A stretch of 64,000 bases of DNA from NCBI GenBank assembly GCA_038087875.1, contig CM075988.1:17424001-17488000 (forward strand), read 5' to 3'. The notes under the pieces were generated by a model that did not search any database, was not told where the DNA came from, and saw nothing but the letters and a program-made list of their open reading frames with translations. Both the position numbers and the translations under genes were made by a program. This document shows, piece by piece, positions 51,286 through 64,000 of this stretch. Every line of letters starts with the position of its first letter. Positions within the stretch are counted from its first letter, which is position 1. The DNA is from Malacoraja senta. Lineage: Eukaryota.

Positions 51286-52101
51286 GATTGAGCAGACAAA
51301 GTTTTCGTACTGAACATTCTAGTATTGTGAGCATGAAGATGATCGCCTCAAATTTGGGATTGGATCCCAATCACTGGGATTGTCTGGAAAGAGCCAAATA
51401 AAGCTCTTTGGAAATCCCAACAAGGCCATTCCAAAGATTACCAAATTATTATTGAGACTATTTTAGTCCTCACAGGTTGTCGCATGAGATAAAACATGTT
51501 GATTACATCAAAGCATCAAATTAGATCCACGTTTGAAAGCCATGGCTTACTAGAACTAGGTTTGAGCCTACAATTTTGTTCAATATTATTTTAGCACTTT
51601 ATGAAACAAAATGGTATAGTAAGTAAGTAAATTTTATTTATATAGCACGTTTAAATCAACTCGCGTTGAAACCAAAGTGCTTTACATAAAAGAAATAATA
51701 GTTCCCGTAAAAATCAGAAAAATGACATAACACATTATAGAATTCAACAAGAATGTCCCCCACAACAGAATCAAAATTTTCCACTGTGGGGAAAGGCAAC
51801 AAAAAGTTAAGTCCTCTTCTCTGTGATCACCCGAGGCCGGGGGCCTATTTGTGGCCTCCGCAGCCAGTCCGATGTTTTCAGGCCCTCTTTGCGGGAAAGC
51901 TGGAACTCCGGCGTTGGGTAAACACTCCTCAGCAGCTTGGAAAATGTACTTATTTCACCATAACATCCAGTGCCAACTGGTGTGTTGGGGAAATCGGTAC
52001 GAATTCTCAGCATTGAAGAAATCAGTATTAATTTACGCCACAGTTTGTATTAGTTTTCGCCACAAAGGCGCAAAGCATATTTCTTCAGACCCAACAACAG
52101 A

Positions 52102-53647
52102 AGTCAGACTGATAACATGTTGACTCCCTTTGCTAAAACTTAAATATCCTTCAATTAAATAACCCACTTTTGGCGTAAGCTGATGGAAAACAAGAGCTGT
52201 TAAAGGTTCTGAGTTTGTATTAGTTTTTCGCCACAAAGGCTGTGCAAGCATATTTCTTCAGACCTTTCAACAATGTAACAAAGAGCTAGCATGAGCTAAA
52301 TTAGAAAATAATGCCACCTTCCATGGTGGGCTATACTTCTACCAAGTTCCTAATATAACAATGTTCAGAACATGATTCTTACACCTTGAGGGGAGTGTGG
52401 AAGAGAGGCAGTTGAGACAAAAGAATATTATAACTCAAGGTGTAGTGAGAAGCAGGAGAGACTTGTGTTAATGCCACCTCTCAAATATAACCTTCGGAAA
52501 TGGAATGTTGGAGAGATTGCTAAAACGTACAGTGCAAAGTTATGGTGTAAAAATACCAAGAGAAACTTTACAAGTGTACACATTACTCACCCAAGTCTAA
52601 CAAGGGATACACAGGGGAGTATTAATGTGTTATGTGATGATCAACATACAAAACAAAACATACAAGATCCCCTCCCTTCCATCGAGGGGATCTATCGCAG
52701 TTGCTGCCTCAAAAAGGCTGGCAGTATCATCAAGGACCCACACCATCCTGGCCACACACTCATCTCCCTACTACCTCAGGTAGAAGGTACAGGAGCCTGA
52801 AGACTGCAACGACCAGGTTCAGGAATAGCTAGTTCCCCACAGCCATCAGGCTATTAAACTTGGCTCGGACAAAACTCTGAACTTTAATTAGCCCATTAAC
52901 TGTTATTTGCACTTTATCAGTTTATTTATTCATGTGTGTATATATTTAAAGAATGGTATATGGACACACTGATCTGTTTTGTAGTCAATGCCTACTATGT
53001 TCTGTTGTGCTGAAGCAAAGCAATTTCATTGTCCAATCAGGGACACATGACAATAAACTCACTTGACTTGACTTGAAATAGAAGTACGATCAATCTTAGA
53101 CCCCTCGTGCCTACTCTGCATGAGATAAGACCATGGTTGATACCCTTCAGCACCAGCTCTTGATTCCCTTCATCATTGTATTTCAAAAGCTGATACTGTG
53201 GAGATTGTGGAAGCGATGACACAAGATCCTACTGTAACTAGTCCAGAAGTGACAGCTTCCTCAAGTCAAGAAGATAGAACACCAATGATACAACAGAATG
53301 ATTCTCAACGCTGCCAGCACTTCCCACTGTTAGAACAAGAACATTTGTCCCAGTTGCAGATAATTGCCAAGAAGATGGATGTGGCCAGGAAGCTGAATTT
53401 GTAGCAGTGATTGAAGATAGTGATTTCATCTCACCAATGTTCAGATACAGGACACTTCCTGACACCCAGAATTGGATGAGCAGATGTCAGACTGACAACG
53501 TTGCCTCCCTTTGCTAAAACTTAAATATCCCTCAATTTCATAACCCACTTTTGGCGTAAGCTGATGGATACTAAGAGATGTGGAAGGTTCTGAGTGTATT
53601 AGTTGACGCCACAAAGGCTATGCAAAGCAAATTTCTTCAGACCTTTC
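52102..53647 (+). repeat. Two ~165-bp direct repeats (52102-52268, 53487-53647) plus a partial copy at about 52041-52091
   Basis: Shared ctccctttgctaaaacttaaatatcc...taacccacttttggcgtaagctgatgga...aggttctgagt...cgccacaaaggc...tttcttcagacctttc. Confidence 0.85.
52665..53075 (+). mobile_element. Rex/Babar-like LINE 3' end
   Basis: LPSIEGIYRSCCLKKAGSIIKDPHHPGH, then AATAAA and a (cttga)n tail. Confidence 0.85.
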
Positions 53648-54519
53648 TTTATAGGTGGAATTAAGTTGTATTGCAGAAGCTGTTTGTGGATAGTTAAGTC
53701 ACCTGGATTTGTTGAACAACACAGGCTGAAAGGCATAGAACACATAGAATATAGGAACAGAAGTAAGCAATTTGGCCCTTCAAGCTCTGCTCTGCAGATT
53801 CAGTATGATCATGGCTGATCATCCATATTTAGTACTCTTTTCTAGCTTTCTTCACATGTACCTCGATCCCTCAAGTTCTGTGAACTACATCAAACTTCTT
53901 GAATGTATTTAATGACCCGGCTTCAACTGTTTTCTGTTAGAGAATTTCACAGGTTCACTGCTCTGGCAGAAAAAAAACCTTCTCTTTCCACCTTATATGG
54001 CTCACCCCCCTTATCCCTAGTCTGTGATGCCTTGTCCTGAACACTCCTCCCAATAGGAACACCGCTCCAGCAGGTAGCCAGTCCAGTCCTTTCAGAATAT
54101 TGTCCTTCAATATTGAGAGCACTCTAGGTACACATAATCTCTCTTGGCAAGTCTATTTTAATTTTCTATTCAACTTGTTTTACCAACAACTTTGTATCCT
54201 GCCAGATACACTAGGACCTGGCCCAGTCACCATGAGCATCACTATTGAACTGATCACTCCATGGACCAGTATCTCCTCATATTCCATCCCCTCCTTCCAT
54301 TTACTTAGATGGAAATGGTTTAGCGGGATATGAGCCAAATGCGGACTGGTAGGACTAGTGTAGATGGGGTATCTTGGTTGGTTAGGGCATCTTGGGCTGA
54401 AGGGCCTGTTTCTGTGCTGTATGACTATGATTCTACAGTTCATTTGAAGGCAAACCATCCAACTAGAAATAGTTCAGTAGCAAAACAGAATTTCTCCTCA
54501 TTGGCTCCAAATCAACACT

Positions 54520-55318
54520 CACTAAAATTAACAACCCCACTCTCACTATCGACAGTACCACTGTCTCCCCATCTCCTCAGGCACGCAACCTTGGCGTGAT
54601 CCTTGACTCAACCCTCTCCCTTGAGCCTCACATCCGCCATGTTGTCAAAAACATCATTTTTTCACCTTCGCAACATTGCAAAAATCAGATCGTCTCTCAC
54701 ACCCCCCACTGCTGAAAGACTCATCCATGCCTTCATCTCCTCCCGACTGGACTACTGTAACTCTCTTCTTTTCGGAATCAATTCCAGCAGCATCAAACGA
54801 CTCCAACTGGTCCAAAATGCAGCCGCTCGACTCATTACCCACACCAAATCCTGGCACCACATCACCCAGTTCTCAAAGAACTTCACTGGCTTCCCATTTC
54901 CCACCGGATCACCTACAAAATCCTGGTCTTCACCTACAAAGCCCTACAACAACCTGCCCCCCCCTTATCTCATTGACCTCCTCTCCCCCTACCAACCCTC
55001 ACGGTCCCTCAGATCCACATCAGCTGGTCTCCTCCTCCACTCCGAAATCAAACCTCCGCACTTTTGGAGGCAGAGCCTTCTCCAGGGCAGCTCCCAGGCT
55101 CTGGAATTCCCTCCCACAACCGGTCCGAAATTCTGAGTCCCTCACCATCTTCCAGTCCCGCCTCACGACCCATCTCTTCACCTCTGCATACCCTTAGTCC
55201 CATGTTCCCCTCCCCTCTGTCTTACTGCTCTATTTTGTTTTGTTTATTCCTGACTCTCAATTGTAAAGCGACTGAGTCCTGAAAAGCGCTATATAAATAA
55301 AATCTATTGTTATTATTA
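54520..55318 (+). mobile_element. L2-clade LINE 3' fragment
   Basis: FFHLRNIAKIR...AERLIHAFISSRLDYCNSLL...LQLVQNAAARLIT. Very similar to 40600-41172. Confidence 0.9.
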
Positions 55319-55545
55319 AATATACAGAGTTCTTAAATACTGCTTCAAGTGCTGAGATGTGTGCACTAGATTACATAAATTGCAATTTCATGAAACTCTT
55401 CAGTGGGGTCTTTGGTTGTCAGACACCACCTTGTAAAACAAACACAACTTACATTTGTCCAAAACAATTTTCAGGATATCCCAATGTCTGTACACACCTT
55501 TAAACTGCATTTACTGTTATGATGCAGGAAATAAAAGCAGGAAAT

Positions 55546-55860
55546 GGGCGTGGCAGTAGAGTTGCTGCCTTACAGCGCTAGAGATCCGGGTTCGATCCTG
55601 ACCGTAGGTGCTGTCTGTATGGAGTTTGTACGTTCTCCCTGTTACCTGTGTGGGTTTACTCCGGGTGCTCCGATTTCCTCCCACACTCCAAAGATGTACA
55701 GGTTTGTTGGTTAACTGGCCTCGGTAAAATTGTAAATTGTCCCTAGTTGTGTAGTATAGTGTTAGTGTGTGGGGATCGCTGGTCGGCGCAGACTCAGTTG
55801 ACTGAAGGGCCTTTTTCAGTGCTGTATCTCTAAACTAAACAAAAATATTAACTAAACTAA
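55546..55860 (+). mobile_element. HE1-like SINE
   Basis: Family consensus with (taaac)n tail. Confidence 0.85.
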
Positions 55861-56703
55861 ATACGTGCACTCCTACAAACAGTGATGTATTTGCTAGTAC
55901 ATTTACCTTTTGAGTTACATTGGAATATAACAAAAAAAAAGGTAATTCATGACTACTCCACCTTTCAATATGATTGTGCCAATATTTCACTTAAGTGCAT
56001 TTTCTGCACTAACTCCATATTCTTTGATCTGCTTAATATCTAAAAACCTATTGATCTCTGTCTTAAGTGTACTCAGAACTAACCCTCCACAGCCTTCCAA
56101 ATATTCATTACAATCCAGACTAAGAAATTTCTTCTCATCTCAGAACAACATCCTTTGTGATTTTGACCCTTGGTTCCAGATGCCCCATCAGTGGGGATCA
56201 TCATCCATGCATCCATCCTGTCAAACCGTGTACGGATTCGATGCAATATTGCCTCTTATCTTTCTCAAAAGCCTGTGCCCTATTTCTTCTGAGGACAAAA
56301 CTCTCTTCACAAGGATAACAGGTGGAACTTTAATGCACCCTCCTCTATCGCAAGCTTTTCCTTCCTTAGGTAGACAGATCAGATCCATACACAGTGCCCC
56401 AAATGGGGTCTCATCAAGCTTGTCTGTAATTGCAAACAGGCTTCTTCACTCCTGCATTCAAACGTTGTTCAAATGAAAGCCATTATACTGTTTGCCTTTC
56501 TCGTTGCATTCTGCCCCTTTACATTAACTCGTAATAACATATTTTACAATGAAACCTAGGCCACCCTTGACTTTCAATCTTTCACCATTTAAAAAAACGC
56601 TCTGCTTTTCTCTTTTTTCATCAGACTGAACTATCGCATATTTCTTTGAGAATTAGAACAACGGCAGAAATGCTTTGTGTTATTAGCTCGTCAGGTCATG
56701 AAT

Positions 56704-56903
56704 NNNNNNNNNNNNNNNNNNNNNNNNNNNNNNNNNNNNNNNNNNNNNNNNNNNNNNNNNNNNNNNNNNNNNNNNNNNNNNNNNNNNNNNNNNNNNNNNN
56801 NNNNNNNNNNNNNNNNNNNNNNNNNNNNNNNNNNNNNNNNNNNNNNNNNNNNNNNNNNNNNNNNNNNNNNNNNNNNNNNNNNNNNNNNNNNNNNNNNNNN
56901 NNN
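56704..56903. other. Assembly gap (200 N)
   Basis: Run of n. Confidence 1.
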
Positions 56904-59900
56904 TTCAGTATAAGGTCACAGGGTCATAGGTGATAGGAGTAGAATTAGGCCATTCGAATCATCAAGTCTACGCCGCCATTCAATAATGGCTGATCTATCT
57001 TTCCCTCTCAAACCCATTCTCCTGCCTTCTCCCCATAACCCCTGACATCAGTACTAATCTAGAATCTATCAATTCTCACCTTAAAAATATCTATTGACCT
57101 GGCCTCCACAGCCTTCTGTGGCAACGAATTCCACAATATCGAGTTGGCATCTATTACTGGAGTGCGGGGCTTAAATCCAATTATTTAAAAACATTTAAGA
57201 GGCAATTGAACACACAGTTGGAGAAAGAAGTAGAAACAAGGAACTACAGGTAATGGTTTACAAAAAAAACCACAAAGTGGTGGAGTAACTCAGCTAGTCA
57301 GAGAACATCTCCAGAGAACATGGATAGGCCTCGTTTTGTGTCGAGGCCCTTCTTCAGGCTGGTTGTAGTAGGACGGGAAAAGTTGGAAGGCAAGCGAGGT
57401 GGGGGTAGGCCAAAAAATCTTGGATAGCAACAGGGAGAATGGGGAGATGTCTCTATGGGGTGAAACCATGATGATTTTTTTAAAAAACACAAAGTGCTGG
57501 AGTAACTTAGCAGGTCAGGCAGCATCTCTGGAGAACATGGATAGGTGCCGCTGCATGTTGGGTTAAGACTAGTCGGATTGTTAAAGAGTTTTTCAAAAGA
57601 GCTTGTACAGGGACAATAGGCTAAATGGCCTACTTCTGTGCTGTAATATATACAAAGGTAAAGATCATTTGACATCAAACGGTTTTGATGGTATCCTGGG
57701 ACAGTGACTTACACAAAATAAGCTCAAGATATTGCACTGGGAATTATTAGCGTGGAACAGATTCCTCAACATGACTGAAGCTCTTACAGGAATGGGACAG
57801 CCATGAGTACTTGTATGAAGACATAATAATGTGGTCACGCCGAGATGGACTGTGATTTACTGTATGTGTTACCAACACACACATTTATTATTGCCTCTGC
57901 TTGAGTGTTCAAGATACATCTGAAAATAAAGTTACAAAACACTCTTGTTTGAGCTGATCCCTGACAACGTGGTCTCATTATATCTTTTCCATTGGTTTAG
58001 TCCGTCCTCTCTTTCTTTCCCCTTATATCATGACAACATCACTTCTGACATTGAAGTGCTTAATCTCACATCTCTGTCCCATGCAATGACACAAAGAATT
58101 GGCACCTTTACATTTACTGCAGCACAGAAGTAGGCCATTCGGCCTATTGTCCCTGTACAAGCTCTTTGGAAAGACTCCGCAACAGTCCTACTACTCTTAT
58201 CATCACAACATTTTTAACGGGCTTGACAGTCTCGATGCATTGAAGGCGTATCACTGGGTTAAATACTCTAGAACTAGACGGCACCTTTTCAGAATTAAGG
58301 ATAGGCCATTTCAGACTGAGATGAGGAGAAATTCTTCCCCCTCTGTTTGGTGAACATTTGGAATTTGGGTTGCAACAGCTCAGTTGTTGCGTCAATTCAA
58401 AGCAGAGATCAATAGTTTCGTTTAGTTTTAGTTTAGAGATACAGCGCGGAAACAGGCCCTTCGGCCCACCGGGTCCGCGCCGACCAACGATCCCCACACA
58501 TTAACACTATCCTACAACACACAACACACTAGGGACAATTTTTACATTTACCAAGCCAGTTAACCTACAAACCTGTACGTCTTTGGAGTATGGGAGAAAA
58601 CCGAAGATCTCGGAGAAAACCCATGCAGGTCACGGGGAGAACGTACAGACAGCACCCGTAGTCGGGATCGAACCCGGGTCTCCGGCGCGGCATTCGCTGT
58701 AAGGCAGCAACTCTACCGCTGCGCCACCGTGCCGCCCTAAAGTTTTCTGGTCGTCAAAGGATACACAGACGGTGCTGGAAAATGGCATTTAGGCAAGAGA
58801 TCGGCCACAACTGGGACACGTGATGGCTCCTCCTTCTCCGACAGTCTAACGCCGTGAATGGAAAGGGCAGCTTTGGATAACATTCCCCTGGCCTGATTCG
58901 CAGTTTAACGGGATTAACACTTTTAATAGGGCTTGTCAGAATTTATGCCTCAAAGCATTAAACATGGACCAAAATTAACCAGTAAAAGAAAAAGATAATT
59001 TAACCTATTAATTATTCAGTAAAACTGAAACGAAGACAAATATGTGCCTGCCAGTACAACAGGCTTTATATAGAAAAGCTGGCCTATCAACAAGTCCAAA
59101 CTGGCTCTGTAGGGATGAAATATTCATTTTCTCATCCATTTATGTAATTAGGAACAAGATTAAAATTTTACACTTGCCAGAAAAAAAGTAATTGCACCAT
59201 CCAAGGTAGCCACAGTTCACATGCTGTTTTGGACAATGCGGCATGATTGAATTTGTATTGGATGTCAGTGGGTGGCAAACAGGCTTATCTCCAAGTCAGA
59301 AGATTTAAATCTTGCTCCATATTCTCAAGGACATGTTGACACTCTGATGCAATCCTAAGGCACTGCTACCTTGTTGGAGTTGCCATTACTTCGCCGAGTG
59401 GTTCAGTTGAGATTCACTCTACAGTCAACTTGTACGCTCTAAACTCCCAGCGTAAGAAAGAACCAATAATTTATTTTAGTCAGGAGGAGAAACAAGGAAT
59501 TGCAGATACTGGTTTACCGAAAAGGACACAAAGCAGTGGAGCTTCTAAGCGGGCCAGGCTGCATCTCTGGAGAACATGGAAAGGTGACATGTCTGGCCAG
59601 ACCTTTCTTCAGACTGAGCAGCAGGAATCACAGAGGGGGAGCAGTGAGAGAGGGTCTCACAGAACAGGGCGGCATAGTGATGCAACGGTAGAGTTGCTGC
59701 CTTACAGCACCAGACACCCAGGTTAGATCCTGACTACGGGTGCTGTCTGCATGGAGTTTGTACATTCTCCCTGAGATCGCATGGGTTTTCTCCGGGTGCT
59801 CCAGTTTCCTCCCACACCACTAAGGCGTACAGGTTTGCAGGTTAATTAGCTTTGGTAAGTTGCACAATTGTTCCTAGTGTGCAGGAAAGTGCTGGTGTAC

Positions 59901-62900
59901 GGGGCGATCACCGGCCGGTGTGGACGCGGTGGGCTGAAGGGGTATGTTTCCGCGCTGTATTCTCCAAAATAAAATCTAAAGAACTCTTCCCTTGAAGAGA
60001 ATTTGCAGTTGAGCAGTAAAATGGTAAAACAAGGAACTGCAGATGCTGGTTTACAAAAAAAAGACACAAAGTGCTGGAGCAACTCAGCAGGTTGGCCAGC
60101 ATCTCTGGAGATCATGGATAGGTAACATCTGCAGACTGATGTAACATTGATTGAGTGAGAAATATTGGGCTGCCTCACCAACTGGAGATTCACTCCTGAT
60201 AGTTTTCAGCAATAATGTTTAATGAGGCGATTGCTGTACTTCCAATTGTTCAATCGACAGAGTCTCTGGCCAGCTTCATGTTCGCCAATCATTGGCACAC
60301 ACGGGAAGCCCTGCGATCGACCCCTGCCTGCTGATCATATGCAATGCTTGGTCATCCCAGGCGATTGACCGGGAAACCCTCGCAGCAAACATGATGGCTG
60401 CAAACTATCAGTGAGACAGGAGTCAGGTGGGGCAACCCAATATTGACCCCTCAATCAATGTTACGAGACCAATGTATTGAATTATTGTCAAACTGGGAGT
60501 TTACGATGTGCAAGTTGACCATTGGGGGGGATCTCAATTGACCAACTCAACTGTTTCCTTCCTTGGGATATACTGTAGCATTGACTCATTTTAAATCCCC
60601 TCCCCCACCCCCATCCCTATAAGGACAAGTAAAAAAACATCAGCAAGAATTTCCATGCTAATCCCCGAGCGGGTAGAATACATTTAAAAGGGCAAACATT
60701 ATCTATCGGCTGCTTTCCCTCTTTTAAAATGTGTCAGGACCTTCATGACTGGAATAAAGCTCAGCGCCGTATACCATTCATGGCTTCTGAAAGAAAACAT
60801 TTTACTTCAACTCCATCTTAGATCGGTGACCCCTCATTTTTAATGGTTCTTCCACCAGAGGCAACATGCTCTCCACGTCCACCTTGTTAAATAATTGAAG
60901 ATGTCTCAATTCTAAACTCTACTGCATACAAGCCTGATTCCTTTGGTCTTTGTACTAATGTCGCTGATACTAACATCTTCCATATCAGCCTCATCATCCG
61001 TTTCTGGTGTAACACCTTATCTGAAAATCAGCTCTTGTGGCAGCGTGGCACTCTTAAAAGTATTAGAAAAGAGATTCAGCTTGGATTTTGGACTCACATC
61101 TTGAATTGATACTTGAATCTTCAAACTTCTGATTTTGACAATCCCAGAGCCCCAAGGTGCTCCCACAAGCACAAGCCTTTCTCTGGGCGAGCTCCCGAAA
61201 ATACTGCTGTATTTGTGAAGTCTTAATGAAAAGACATTACTATACGTTACTAAGACGTATCTGATTAACTAAGACTATCACTGGGCTGCCTCCAGGGTCA
61301 ATGAACTCTGGTGCTTGTATATGATGCAGCATTAGACAATGCGATTGTCAGGGATTAATTTCTAGGTCTGGACGCTGCCTTATAAAACCTCCAGAAATGT
61401 GCCCAGACAATATTGGCATTCCTAGCATTGAACCCTTGCTCAGTTCATGAAAAAATAAATTCAACAAGATTCCCCACTTTAAGTGTAGGAAGGAACTGCA
61501 GATGCTGGTTTAAACCGAAGATAGACACAAAAAGCTGGAGTAACTCAGCGGGACAGACAGCATCTCCAGATTTAAGTTCTGTGTTTTAGTCAGAAAATCA
61601 TACAGCATTGAAACAGCTACTTCGACACAGCTTATCCATGCCAACCAAGAGGAGAACTGAAGGACTTCAATTTAATTCCCCTCAAATCTCTCTGGAGATC
61701 ACCTGGTGTACCAACATTTGACATCAGACAATAGTACTGATTTCCACCCCCCCACCCCCACCCCCATCCTCCCCACAGCTTCGAATCACCCGAGTCATGG
61801 TTTCTGCTGTAAGTAACTGGGTTACTGCACATCATGTCACTTCAAAACAGCAATGTATTTTGTTGCAATGTGGTTTGTTGCAGAACATCTAATCCCCGAG
61901 ATGATGGGAACCGCTCATCCCTCCATTCTCTGTTGTCATAACAAATTAGCTGTAATTTAATTGCCTTTTCCACCCATTTTCTGGCCTTCTGCTCCTCCCT
62001 CCAAAGCTGCTGAAACATGTTGCGGTTACATGGGTAACAAGGCCTTGCCCAACTGACCATTCTTCATGGGCAAGAGGTCGCATGATACTAGACCATCCTA
62101 TCAATGGCAGATTTACATTTTAGAGTCATACAGCATAGAAACAGGCCCTTCAGCCCATCAAGTCCAGGCCAACCATTGTACCCATCCACAATAATCCCTT
62201 TTACCAGCACATGATCTGTGGGTTTCCATGCTTTAGCATTTCAAGTGTTCACCCATATACTTCCCAAATTATGTGAAAGTACATGCCTCCATCACATTGT
62301 AGCCACCTTCTGGGATCCTCAGATTCTCTCTTATTCCTCAATTTAAACCTATTCCTGGTTAGGTGTTCCATACTAGAACATCCCAGATGTCCTAATTCTT
62401 TAGGGAATGGGGGTTCCCCTCTCCAATCATAGATGAGGCAGTTACTCATCTCCTCGGCACCCCGCAGCTCCGCCCTTGCTCCCCCTCCCCCTAGTCACAA
62501 CAGAGACAGAGTCCCCCTAGTCCTTACCTTCCACCCCATCAGCTGTCGCATACAACACATACCTCCTCCAACCTCATCTACTGTATCCGTTGTTTAAGAT
62601 GTGAACTCTTATATATCGGCGAGACTAAACGCAGACTGGGCGATTGTTTCGCAGAATACCTTCGCTCAGCCCGCCTGAACCAACCTGATCTCCCGGTTGC
62701 TGGACACTTTAATTCTCCTTCCCATTCCTACACAGACCTTTCTGTCCTCGGTCTCCTCCATTGTCAGAGTGAGGCTAAACGCAAATTGGAGGAACAGCAT
62801 CTCATATTGCGCTTGGGCAGCTTACAGCCCAGTGGTATGAATATTGATTTCTCTCACTTCAGATAGCCCCGGCATTCCCTCTCTCGCTATCCCTCTCCCA

Positions 62901-64000
62901 CCCATCGCAATAGCTTCTCATTTTCACCCTACAAACAGCTTACAAATGGCCTGTTTCCTTAACCATCGTTACTTTTTTGCATATCTTTCATTCATTGTTC
63001 TTTATCTCTCCACATCACCGTCTATATCTCTTGTTGCCTTTATCCCTAACCAGTCTGAAGATGGGTCTCTACCCAAAACATCACCCATTCCTTCTCTCCA
63101 GAAATGCTGCCTGTCCTGCTGAGTTACTCCAGCTTTTTCTGTCTATCCTGGTTATATATATATATATCTGTTATACATTTTATAGCACTTTCCAGAACCC
63201 CAGAACAGCACAAGAAATGTACCAGTCAATTAAATATTTCAGGACTGCAATCACTTAAAGGAATTGTGCAGTAGTCAATTTCTGCAAACAAGGTTCTTGC
63301 TATCAACAATAGTTTCAGTTCACACAAATATAGTTATTTAGTGTGTCAATTTACTATTAGTTTAATAGTACTGAATTAGTTTTGTTTAGTTTGGTTTAGT
63401 TATACAGTACAGAAAGGTCCCTTCGGCCCACCGAGTCAGTGCCGACCAATGATCCCCGCCCACCAACACTATCCTACACACTAGGAACAATTTGCATCTA
63501 TACCAAGCCAATTAACCTACAAACCTGTACGGCTTTGGAGTGTGGGAGGAAACCGAAGATCTCGGTGAAAACCCACGGGGAGAACGTACAAACTCCATAC
63601 AGACAGCACCCGTAGTCAGGATCGAACCTGGGTCTCCGGCATTGCAAGCGCTGTAAGGCAGCAACTTCCCTAATCATTTCCCAGATTCACTAATAGATCA
63701 AGACAATGCTGGCTCTAGCCAGTTGTGCAGGCTGTGAACACGACTTTAAAGGCAGAGAGCATCAGACAGTTGAATTAGCAGATTCAACAACGCCACTTGT
63801 GATTTTGTATGCTTACCCCGACTGAAAATAATTAACTCACCAGAGCAAAAACTTTGTGGGTGAGAACCACGGGCTAAGGTCCTTCCGCTGCTGGACATTG
63901 AGGGACTGTGTCCAGTGGGGACACCCCTCTAACAAGGAAAGGAATGTCACTCTAGGGGGCCACATGAGTGGCAATGATGTGTAAGAAGGAACTGCAGATG
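56904..64000 (+). repeat. Copy 2 of 4020-11116, runs off the window end; includes duplicated SINEs, PLE GIY-YIG fragment and candidate exon
   Basis: Starts at the gap edge with ttcagtataaggtcacagggt and is colinear to the end. Confidence 0.95.

Noticed and set aside
52045..52092. Minus-strand CTGAAGA...GGC-GAAA hammerhead-like string in the 165-bp repeat
   Set aside because: Stem II does not abut the CUGANGA box, there is no stem III or cleavage triplet, and GAAA is absent in the 53600 copy.
1..64000. CRISPR-like or prokaryotic systems
   Set aside because: No regularly spaced repeat-spacer arrays or operon-like ORFs. The sequence is vertebrate intronic DNA.

Overview
Eukaryotic, repeat-dense vertebrate DNA, most likely a cartilaginous fish (skate/ray). 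This is inferred from abundant HE1-type V-SINEs with CR1/HER1 tails plus Penelope-like elements. The only confident host coding sequence is the first coding exon of ABCG4 on the minus strand (CDS 44876-45104). No downstream ABCG4 exon was found, so 1-44875 appears to be one very long intron. The window is packed with tRNA-derived SINEs, CR1, L2, Rex/Babar and RTE fragments, three PIF/Harbinger-like MITEs and many Penelope-like (PLE) fragments. The most striking signal is a dense family of 80-200 bp PLE-derived insertions carrying minimal hammerhead-ribozyme cores (CTGA(A/T)GA-stem II-GAAACGT(C/T)). They are often in inverted or tandem pairs and flanked by 10-17 bp target-site duplications. A palindromic pair of LXR-type DR4 elements lies in unique intronic DNA (15712-15744). 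A 200-N gap (56704-56903) is followed by a near-identical copy of 4020-11116, probably a haplotypic false duplication. Repeat boundaries are approximate, read by eye.
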